Assembly (NCBI GenBank): GCA_038845975.1
Contig: JAWBQF010000035.1
Span: 1-24,537, forward strand
Direction: 5' to 3'
Origin: Candidatus Methanomethylicia archaeon
Lineage (GTDB): Archaea; Thermoproteota; Methanomethylicia; CALHIW01
Length of the DNA: 24,537 bases
Below, piece by piece: positions 17,721-24,537 of this stretch. The position numbers and the translations under genes are program-made. Numbering within the stretch: position 1 is the stretch's first letter; every line of letters starts with the position of its first letter. Under the pieces are notes generated by a model. It saw nothing but the letters and a program-made list of their open reading frames with translations. It was not told the DNA's origin and ran no database searches.

Positions 17721-19562
17721 TTAGTTGCTTCCAGTTGGAGGATTTATTAATGTTGCTGCTTCTGAACGTCCTCTATTCTTCTGTATGATTATGGTGTTTG
17801 CTTTTAGTCCTTGAAATGTTATTTGGCTTGGAGAAATAACTATGTATTGTGTTTCCTGATTCTTCATTACAAAGTCAAATATCATTCTAGCAACTATCTC
17901 CCTATTGTAGGGATCCATATGTACATCAAACTCATCAATAGCTCTTATAGGGGATTTAAGATGATGCTGGAGGGATAGTAGGAAAGCTATTGTAGCAACT
18001 ACTCTTTCACCTCCACTCTGAGTATATGCATCGAGAATTGTTGGTTGTGTACCACCATACCCAACAAGAACTTCAAGACCTGCCTTAGATGGATCCTCAA
18101 TATCTCTAATTCTCACCTGTCCAGTTGCTCCAACCATACTTAAAATAGATTTGTATACTGGATCAACTTCCTCAACTGTTTTCTCTAATGTCTTCCTCCA
18201 TACTGAAAGTCTAAGCTCAAAATCTCTTATAGCCTCTTCACGATTTCTAGCTAAAATATTGATTTTATCGTTTAACTGATTATATGTATTGAGGTAGTTG
18301 TTGTATATGTTTTCAACATCATCTGATATGTTTGTAAGCGGTATGAGCTGGGCATTTACATATCTAAGCTCCTCTAAAACCTCACTTGGAGTCCTCATAG
18401 TATTAATACGTTCCCCAGCCTTAACACGTAGAGGTTCAAGATTAAGAAGTTCTTTCTCCTCTTCAACAATACTCCTCCTTAAATCCTCAATCTCCCTCTC
18501 AATAAGTTTCTTCTGAAACTTGTAGATAGCTTCATCAACACTATTCCTAATTAAATCATCAATAATTCTGGAAATCTCATCATCAATCTTAACGATTTCC
18601 GACATCTTATTTTCCACTTCTACATCTATACTTCCCATACCCTCTCCAGTACTAACTACCTCCAGCTTTGCCTTTCTTCTTTCAAGCTCTATAAGCTCAT
18701 GGTATAGTCCTCTATATTTAAATCTGGCTTCCTCAAGCATTTGTCTTAGACTACTGCATTTCCCACTTCTCTCACTAATTATGCTTATAACATCTTGAAG
18801 TAGAGAGTTCTTCCTCTGCAGCTTATCTTTTAACTCTTTTATACTTAACTCATACCTAATAATTCTAGCCCATACCTCCTCTCTTTCAAGAAATTGTTTA
18901 CGTTTTTGAAGTTCTCTCTTCTGTTTAAGCTTCTCATACTGCTCCCTCCAATAGCTTAAAGTCTGCTCTGCAGATTTAAGTAGTGTATTTACAGATTCTT
19001 CTTCACTAAGTATCTTATTAAGCTTCTCGCTTGCTTCAAATATTTTTCTTCTATATTCCTGAATTCCTACAGCCTCCTCAACCATAAGTAACCTATCTTG
19101 TGGAGAGACAATACTAAACCTCTCAATCATTCCTTGATGCATTATTATAAGCATATTATCAGGATTTATTCCAATTCTTCTAAATACCCTATCAATAAGG
19201 GATTTAGATACCTGCCTATAATCCATTTCATACCAGTATGTTCCATCATCTTTTAAATAGCGTGAAATAGAAACAGTATCAGATTTACTGTATTGAATTG
19301 GTCTAACCCCATTTACAGGCTCATTGTTGAGGAGGATGGTTACACGTCCAGCCTTCTTCCCATATCTAATAAGCTCCTTAAGCCTCTTAGCCCGTTCAGT
19401 ATATGTTTGCCCCATAGCAATAGATATACCAACTAGAATTGTTGATTTACCAGCACCATTAGGTCCAACTATCAAATTTAATCCACGTTTAAACGGAATA
19501 CGTGCATACTCGTAGGACATGAAATTCTCAAGTATAACCTCCTCAATATATGTCTTCAACAT
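17721..19562 (-). CDS. Short SMC-superfamily ABC ATPase of the Smc5/6-related archaeal type
   Basis: LENFMSY, Walker A GPNGAGKST, Q-loop MHQG, long coiled coils, signature QSGGE, Walker B/D-loop AIDEFDVHMD, ISP in place of the switch His. Only 613 aa. TTTATTA box at 19585-19591. Confidence 0.92.
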   Translation of the reverse strand: MLKTYIEEVILENFMSYEYARIPFKRGLNLIVGPNGAGKSTILVGISIAMGQTYTERAKRLKELIRYGKKAGRVTILLNNEPVNGVRPIQYSKSDTVSISRYLKDDGTYWYEMDYRQVSKSLIDRVFRRIGINPDNMLIIMHQGMIERFSIVSPQDRLLMVEEAVGIQEYRRKIFEASEKLNKILSEEESVNTLLKSAEQTLSYWREQYEKLKQKRELQKRKQFLEREEVWARIIRYELSIKELKDKLQRKNSLLQDVISIISERSGKCSSLRQMLEEARFKYRGLYHELIELERRKAKLEVVSTGEGMGSIDVEVENKMSEIVKIDDEISRIIDDLIRNSVDEAIYKFQKKLIEREIEDLRRSIVEEEKELLNLEPLRVKAGERINTMRTPSEVLEELRYVNAQLIPLTNISDDVENIYNNYLNTYNQLNDKINILARNREEAIRDFELRLSVWRKTLEKTVEEVDPVYKSILSMVGATGQVRIRDIEDPSKAGLEVLVGYGGTQPTILDAYTQSGGERVVATIAFLLSLQHHLKSPIRAIDEFDVHMDPYNREIVARMIFDFVMKNQETQYIVISPSQITFQGLKANTIIIQKNRGRSEAATLINPPTGSN

Positions 19563-19630
19563 ATTTTCACTAGACTCTACCGGCTAATAAAGCTAAACAT
19601 TAAACCAAATAATTCTTTCGGGCTTCACAG

Positions 19631-20344
19631 GGCTTTGTTAACTTTAGATTTATTTAGGAGTTCCCTCCCTTATTTATGGTGTTAGTATGTCTAAAGTTGT
19701 TAGGTTTGTAGGGAGAGAACCCTCATTTACTCTAGTTGTTTATTGCTTATATATTTCCGTTCTTCTAGAATGGCTTCAGATATTCTAAGCTTCATTATTG
19801 TTAGGAGTTATGTATCTATATTATCGTGGTTTAGATCTTTAAGCTTCTATTGATTTTGATAGGAGGGATGTTAGGATCGTTATGGTTGATCTATTGTAAG
19901 TAGGTTCTAAGAGAAGATTATTTATGTTGTGTTTGAGCCATTATCGAGGAGGATTCTCTACATATGGGTTTTTATGTTGCAACATGCTTACATCACTAGC
20001 ATTCCTTAGAAAATTAGAGCTATCTGCGGTTAATATAGTTGTATTAAGTGATGGAGCTCATTATTATAAAGCATCATGAGAATATTAAAATTAAAACATT
20101 GTATAGTTTAGAGGTTAGAATTAATGGATGGAATAATACAGTATGTTAAGGATAGAACTAAGCTATTCGATAATTATATACCTTGTATGAAGGATAAATG
20201 CGGTAATGAACATGCATTAATTCTTATGAAGTCAATAGCATACATACTGAACAAACATGGATTAACAGGAAAATAAAAGCTAAGAATTCATAGAAGATAC
20301 AATACCAAAATAGAGGTGATAAACATGCTTAAGTTAACAAAGCC
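19631..20344 (+). mobile_element. IS6-family insertion sequence, 714 bp, with decayed transposase
   Basis: Perfect 14-bp TIRs GGCTTTGTTAACTT (19631-19644) and AAGTTAACAAAGCC (20331-20344). Broken frames read SSRMASDILSFIIVRSYVSILSW, VRIVMVD, VFEPLSRRIL, VLSDGAHYY, IIQYVKDRTKLFDNYIPC. No target duplication seen. Confidence 0.88.
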
Positions 20345-20467
20345 GTTTAATACATGGAGTAGTGAATATAGCCTCATAGCTACGCTAATATCTTACTTAA
20401 TTTTATTGACTAGTTAGACTTAAATGTTCTATAAATTTACTGCTTCGTACTTCTAGTGAGTAATAGT

Positions 20468-20586
20468 TTATCTTTAATTTACATGATGCCGGAGTTATTA
20501 TAAATTTATAGGAGATAATCGATTAACTTATGAAGATTTAGTATGGTTAAAGGTTTAACAGAATCGTATTATTCATTGGAGGATAA
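20468..20586 (+). repeat. Dispersed repeat, copy 1 (inverted relative to 22550-22667)
   Basis: Core TAATCGATTAACTTATGAAGATTTAGTATGGTTAAAGGTTTA (20516-20557) aligns with TAATCAATTAACTTATGGGATTTAGTGGTTAAAGGTTTA, the reverse complement of 22580-22618; looser similarity extends on both sides. Confidence 0.75.
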
Positions 20587-21021
20587 GAGTAAAGATTATT
20601 TATGCTTGAAGAGATGAATTTTCACCATGAAGGAAATAACCAAAGGTTTAAGACTTACTATAGATTTAATAAGATGAATTCATAAATGAGCTTATGAACT
20701 CTCTAAGACCTGTTAACCTGTAGGATATATAAAGCTAAATTAAACAAGCTCCTCCATGAATATATGATTGGAATGTATTCTAAAGCATAGTATAAAAATC
20801 ATTTATTAGTCATTTGAGAAACTTAAGCAAATACTATGGCTTAATAGAATCCTACTAGTAAATTTTATTACTTGAAATAAACCAGTAAAGCTCCAATATG
20901 AATATAAATGATGTTTCCACCACAATCTCCATATTTAAGAGCATGATAAATTTATGTCATCATGAGTAGCAGCAACATCTATAGCATAAATCTAGGTTAG
21001 TCCAACTATTTATAGTTATGT

Positions 21022-21446
21022 CTAACTATATGTCTGAAGTATTAGCTTTACTATTTGACTTGCTCTTTTTGCTTTTCTTAGGGCTTCATGGGCTTTTGAT
21101 TCATCATAAAGCTCCCACGGTGTAAGACCTTCTGTAGGCTTACCATAAGTAGTAATACCATGTTCAGGTGCTATTCATGAGCTAGATATGCTAGTTCCTC
21201 AGCTAAGCTTTTAAATTCATCAGGTAATTCCTGAGCTACTTCTATTAGCTCGTCTGATGGATCATGTGTCCAGCTTGGTATCCTCTTTAAAGCTATTATA
21301 GCCTTAGCTGCATTCTCAACAGCTAGCTGTGCAGCTTCAACACTCTCCTTGTAATCACTTGTACTTAGAAATTTTTCAGCTCTCCTTAAATACTCTAATG
21401 CTAATCTATATCTATAGTTTACCTCTGATAATGGATCTATCTTCAA
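21022..21446 (-). pseudogene. HEPN-domain protein of an MNT-HEPN pair, frameshifted
   Basis: AQLAVENAAKAII, WTHD. After LAHE the frame continues xAPEHGITTYGKPTEGLTPWELYDESKAHEAL...QTYS* (stop 21022-21024) if one base is restored at about 21173. Confidence 0.85.
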
Positions 21447-21449
21447 TAA

Positions 21450-21911
21450 CTACACCGTTATTGTGGTGAAGTATTTACTTTTAGGTTTCCATCCATACTT
21501 ACTGTTTTTCGTCTTATATCTCTCAAGATTATTCTCAGCAGCCTTCCTTATACGTTTAAACAACTCATTAAGTTTTCCAGATGGATCATAAAGTATTATG
21601 GAGTCATATGCAATGTTTAAAAGTATAGGTGTTATTATTAAATCATCTCTGAATAGAGAAGACTCATCAATATCCACTATAGTTACATCACATTTAAAGA
21701 CATTATATAAATGATGATATATCTTAAATCGTCTATCTCTATCATTAAAGTTTCTAACAACAACAAAGAAATCAACATCACTACGACTAGATGCCTCGCC
21801 TCTAGCCCAACTTCCAAATAATGCTATAGCAGCAATTCTATCCCCTAAGGCCTCAATAAGCCTTCTAGAAGCTTCATGTGCTAGCTCAACTACCCGCATA
21901 AAGATCTTCAA
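21450..21911 (-). CDS. Minimal nucleotidyltransferase (MNT) of an MNT-HEPN toxin-antitoxin pair
   Basis: LFGSWARGEASSRSDVDFFVV (GS-x10-DxD) and ILYDPSG; 3 bp upstream of the HEPN gene. Confidence 0.9.
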   Translation of the reverse strand: MKIFMRVVELAHEASRRLIEALGDRIAAIALFGSWARGEASSRSDVDFFVVVRNFNDRDRRFKIYHHLYNVFKCDVTIVDIDESSLFRDDLIITPILLNIAYDSIILYDPSGKLNELFKRIRKAAENNLERYKTKNSKYGWKPKSKYFTTITV

Positions 21912-21979
21912 CTATACCTTCATAAAAACTTAACGTTACTCAATAAGATTTTACAGCTATAGCCTTACTTAAATCTAGC

Positions 21980-22370
21980 CTATTTATGTTTTCCTACCTC
22001 ATAGATATATCTAACTAATTTTGTAACGAGATAACTACAGTAAAGAAGAGTGGCGGGAAGAAATGGATTCTTCATCCATGGTTCATGCTCTATGATTATG
22101 ATTGAGATATTAGGTAGAAAGAACATAAGTAGGAGGATGATGATTATTCCTATTTTAATGGGAATGCCTCCAGGATGGGGGTTTAAAGTAAGGATCTAGA
22201 AAGAAACCGAAAAGAATGATTGGGGAGGACAATATCATGTATAATATTCATAACTGGATAGCCTTCTCTACATTCCATCCACGCGAAAAGATGAAAAGAA
22301 GAAATGTGAAGAAAATAAGAAATAAGAAAGATATAATTCTCTTTCTGGAGATATATCTAAATCTACTCAT
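21980..22370 (-). pseudogene. Small multi-pass membrane protein (about 130 aa), candidate immunity gene 3, disrupted
   Basis: MSRFRYISRKRIISFLFLIFFTFLLFIFSRGWNVEKAIQL*ILYMILSSPIILFGFFLDPYF.../IKIGIIIILLLMFFLP...NPFLPATLLYCSYLV...KHK*; one TGA (22248-22250) and one frameshift (about 22160). Confidence 0.65.
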
Positions 22371-22476
22371 GGCCCCGATACTGAACACATCGAGTGTCAT
22401 GCTCATAATAACAATGAACTTCTAAACATCATGGACAAGCTATCACTACACAAAGCACACAATAAACAATAGAGAA
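22363..22476 (-). pseudogene. Orphan Cys-rich C-terminal fragment homologous to the end of the 24069-24536 ORF
   Basis: IVYCVLCVVIACP*CLEVHCYYEHDTRCVQY aligns with ILYCIAFAIVFCPICLLS-CCTDSYWTCVYY; the next bases give GGG CCA TGA (G-P-stop) after a one-base shift, overlapping the following ATG. Confidence 0.7.
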
Positions 22477-22549
22477 TCAATATATGTGCTGCTACTAAAA
22501 ATATTCTAGTAGGAATCATTGGCAAATTAATTTATAATGAATTACAATT

Positions 22550-22667
22550 TTGTCCTTTTGATGAACAGTATGGTTCTACTAAACCTTTAACCACTAAATC
22601 CCATAAGTTAATTGATTAGTCCCATAAACTCATACTAACTTCAATCACCATCATAAATAAAGAGAAA
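22550..22667 (-). repeat. Dispersed repeat, copy 2
   Basis: Reverse complement aligns with 20468-20586. Confidence 0.75.
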
Positions 22668-22779
22668 TCCTAAACAAGGCTTAAGTTTACATGAACATGG
22701 AGATGGTGTTCAGATAAATTATTAATGTCATTATCATCTTCATGAATATTGTTAACTTAATCTTCTGTTCAAGTATTGC

Positions 22780-23052
22780 AGGATCAATCCGGTAATTAAG
22801 CCTAGACATAGTGTAAGACAGGACCAGCAGGTGTAAAGTGGTTGTTTAATAAACTGGGCTTGAAGCATGTTAAAGCTGGTAAGCTACAGTAGGCAATGAG
22901 ATGTAAAGACTATGTTCTCAACGTTTAAGCATACTTCAGCAAGTACTGCATAGCCAAAGAGTTAGTGATGAAGGCATACATATACAACACTATAGTAAGC
23001 ATGTGAACAGCAATTCAGGTTGAAGTAGGTCACAATAATTAAGTCACAGAAC
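22780..23052 (+). mobile_element. IS5-family remnant (3' transposase fragment plus right end), same family as 1-126
   Basis: INPVIKPR, KLVSYSRQ*DVKTMFSTFK, YCIAKELVMKAYIYNTIVSM*; ends in AATTAAGTCACAGAAC (23037-23052). Shares CATAGCCAAAGAG and GCATACATATACAACAC with 12-51. Confidence 0.75.
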
Positions 23053-23188
23053 ACTTATTAAATTGTGGGTCTGTATACATAATATCAGCATTTATAAAAA
23101 TAGCATGCTGTAAGAGTATACATCAGTCAGCATCATAGGCTTTACTGCAAATCGCATATTATAGTACAAGGCGTAGCAATAGCGGTAA

Positions 23189-23556
23189 TCATATCCTACT
23201 GATTATTAGCTCAAGCATCCAGCAAATAGGTCCTATAAGTAGGGCAAGGTAAAATGGATGAAAATAAATGAAGCTAGGATCTTTACCGATGGTTATTGAA
23301 AATAAAATCATGGATGTAAACGCATAGATAGGGAAAATCAATGTGAGAACTAGCCCCTAAGATTAATTGACATTTCCCTTGTAGATTCTATAATCTTCCA
23401 TGTTAGGAATAATAATAGAACTGTAAGTACTGCTGCTATATAACCCTCTACTCTTCCTCCTACATTAAAAACGAAGAAGATAATTAGTAGAAAAATAAGA
23501 AATACGTATAATAATCTAGTTCTTACTACTTGTATTGTATATCTTAGGAAATTCAT
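23189..23556 (-). pseudogene. Small multi-pass membrane protein (about 122 aa), candidate immunity gene 2, one frameshift
   Basis: MNFLRY...INLRG continues LVLTLIFPIYAFTSMILFSITIGKDPSFIYFHPFYLALLIGPICWMLELIISRI* if the G4 run at 23354-23357 is G5. Confidence 0.7.
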
Positions 23557-23558
23557 AG

Positions 23559-23600
23559 CTATGGACCTGGAGGAACTGTACATATTCTACATCCACATCC
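23559..23600 (-). pseudogene. Short orphan Cys-containing C-terminal fragment
   Basis: GCGCRICTVPPGP* followed by CT-ATG, the same CCN-TAG-CT-ATG junction found after the Cys-rich ORF at 24064-24074. Confidence 0.55.
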
Positions 23601-23725
23601 TCAATATAGTAACCTCTACGGTAATTAAACTTTTAAGATAATAATGTTAAAGTAAGTCCTCTAAACCTAAAATAGATGTAGAGAATTTATAGCCTAGATA
23701 TGAGAGATTTAGCTTTAGAAGCCCA

Positions 23726-24082
23726 CTATAGCGGAATCGGAAAAACCCTAAATAAAAACGTGAGTAAGAAAAGGTAGAGAAAAAGTATAAAATGGGGAAG
23801 AATCTTATGTCTCTTTTTAAGCTTATCTCCTAGTGAAAACATAGTCTTTGTTGTAAACCATATAATTATGATTATAGAAAAAGAGATTATCCAATTACTT
23901 GGAAAGTATGAATTAAGCTCGGTTATTGTAAGTGTTCTCTTCCTAGTTACAATATCGTTCATGATGAAAAAAAGTATTATGGAAAGGTACATAATAAAAA
24001 GGTAAAGTAAATACTCAACTAGGGATTCATAATCATGCTTTAGTAAATTCTTAATTAGTAATGCATAGCTACGGCCCGCCAT
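23726..24082 (-). CDS. Small multi-pass membrane protein (about 113-118 aa), candidate immunity gene 1
   Basis: Three hydrophobic segments. In-frame ATG at 24082; alternatively ATG 24066 of the TAG-CT-ATG junction, which needs one restored base. The TTG start at 24151 lies inside the Cys-rich gene. Confidence 0.7.
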   Translation of the reverse strand: MAGRSYALLIKNLLKHDYESLVEYLLYLFIMYLSIILFFIMNDIVTRKRTLTITELNSYFPSNWIISFSIIIIIWFTTKTMFSLGDKLKKRHKILPHFILFLYLFLLTFLFRVFPIPL

Positions 24083-24536
24083 AGTAGACACATGTCCAGT
24101 AGGAATCTGTACAGCATGAAAGTAAACAAATAGGGCAAAATACAATAGCAAATGCTATACAGTAGAGTATGTCTCCTCTAAGACATGCAGCTACGCAAGA
24201 AGGACATACTCCACCAAGAACACATCGTACTAAGCAGTTGTAGTCATATTCACAACAAACCTCCTGACATGTTTCTCCAGGCCCGCACCCTATATCTGGG
24301 AAGGTACATTCATCAGGAGGACATGAATTTGATAGGGTTAAATTAATTAATCTTCCATTTATACTCTTACCGTAAACTACTATCTTATCATTAAGATACT
24401 TTAGTATTGCAGCTTCTGTTTTTAGCCATTCTATTGGTTTTTCAAGTTCGTAGTATATTATGGCTTCACTTCCATTTGTTAGCGTTCCTATCGCTAATAG
24501 TGTGTTTTCCTCATTACTGAATTCTATTATGTGCTT
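24069..24536 (-). CDS. 3' part of a precursor protein with Cys-rich C-terminal domain (halocin C8-like architecture); runs off the window
   Basis: Open frame from the window edge: KHIIEFSNEENTLLAIG...GKSINGRLINLTLSNS-CPPDECTFPDIGCGPGETCQEVCCEYDYNCLVRCVLGGVCPSCVAACLRGDILYCIAFAIVFCPICLLSCCTDSYWTCVYYGGP*; 17 Cys in the last 84 aa and none in the preceding 71. Absent from the ORF track. Confidence 0.85.
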   Translation of the reverse strand, partial: KHIIEFSNEENTLLAIGTLTNGSEAIIYYELEKPIEWLKTEAAILKYLNDKIVVYGKSINGRLINLTLSNSCPPDECTFPDIGCGPGETCQEVCCEYDYNCLVRCVLGGVCPSCVAACLRGDILYCIAFAIVFCPICLLSCCTDSYWTCVYYGGP

Positions 24537-24537
24537 T

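Noticed and set aside
16475-19515. ORFs 16475-16873 +, 18298-18516 + and 19324-19515 +
   Set aside because: Antisense shadows of hflX and the SMC gene.
14968-19562. Wadjet/MksBEFG defence system or Rad50-Mre11
   Set aside because: No JetD/Toprim nuclease or Mre11 gene nearby, no zinc hook, and head motifs are Smc5/6-like.
22216-22425. 69-aa plus-strand ORF
   Set aside because: Antisense to the Cys fragment and membrane pseudogene, which have better support.
1961-22431. TGA recoding (Trp or Sec), suggested by in-frame TGAs at 1961, 22248 and 22429 and by confident genes ending in TAA/TAG
   Set aside because: Long intact Trp-rich genes contain no in-frame TGA, and the TGA in the Cys fragment aligns with Ile rather than Cys. 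TGG-to-TGA decay explains these.
23060-23185. Possible fourth Cys fragment (PCTIIC, TAC...KC on the minus strand)
   Set aside because: Too degenerate and spread over several frames to align with the precursor.
1-24537. CRISPR array, tRNA or rRNA genes
   Set aside because: No regularly spaced repeats and no GC-rich structured RNA segment seen by eye.

Overview
AT-rich archaeal chromosomal window, most likely TACK/Thermoproteota judging by TATA boxes about 25 bp before leaderless starts, GGTGA Shine-Dalgarno sites, and PaREP1, MNT-HEPN and archaeal-ATPase families. Intact genes: a conserved hypothetical protein, a Trm9/ALKBH8-like methyltransferase, an Nramp-family-like transporter, a DUF4349 protein, a PaREP1/HEPN protein, a secreted S1 serine protease with a coupled membrane-anchored partner, and a minus-strand cluster of a short hinge-less Smc5/6-type ATPase, hflX, an ScpA-like kleisin and a MAGE/Nse3-like KITE protein. 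Between them lie decayed accessory DNA: IS5, IS6 and IS200/IS605 (tnpB) remnants, frameshifted VapBC, HEPN and AAA-ATPase genes. The right end holds a structure the ORF track misses: the 3' part of a precursor ending in an 84-aa, 17-Cys domain, followed by three small multi-pass membrane genes, two of them preceded by orphan Cys-rich C-terminal fragments. This looks like a polymorphic archaeocin/immunity cassette array. All family calls come from motifs read by eye; no database search was run.
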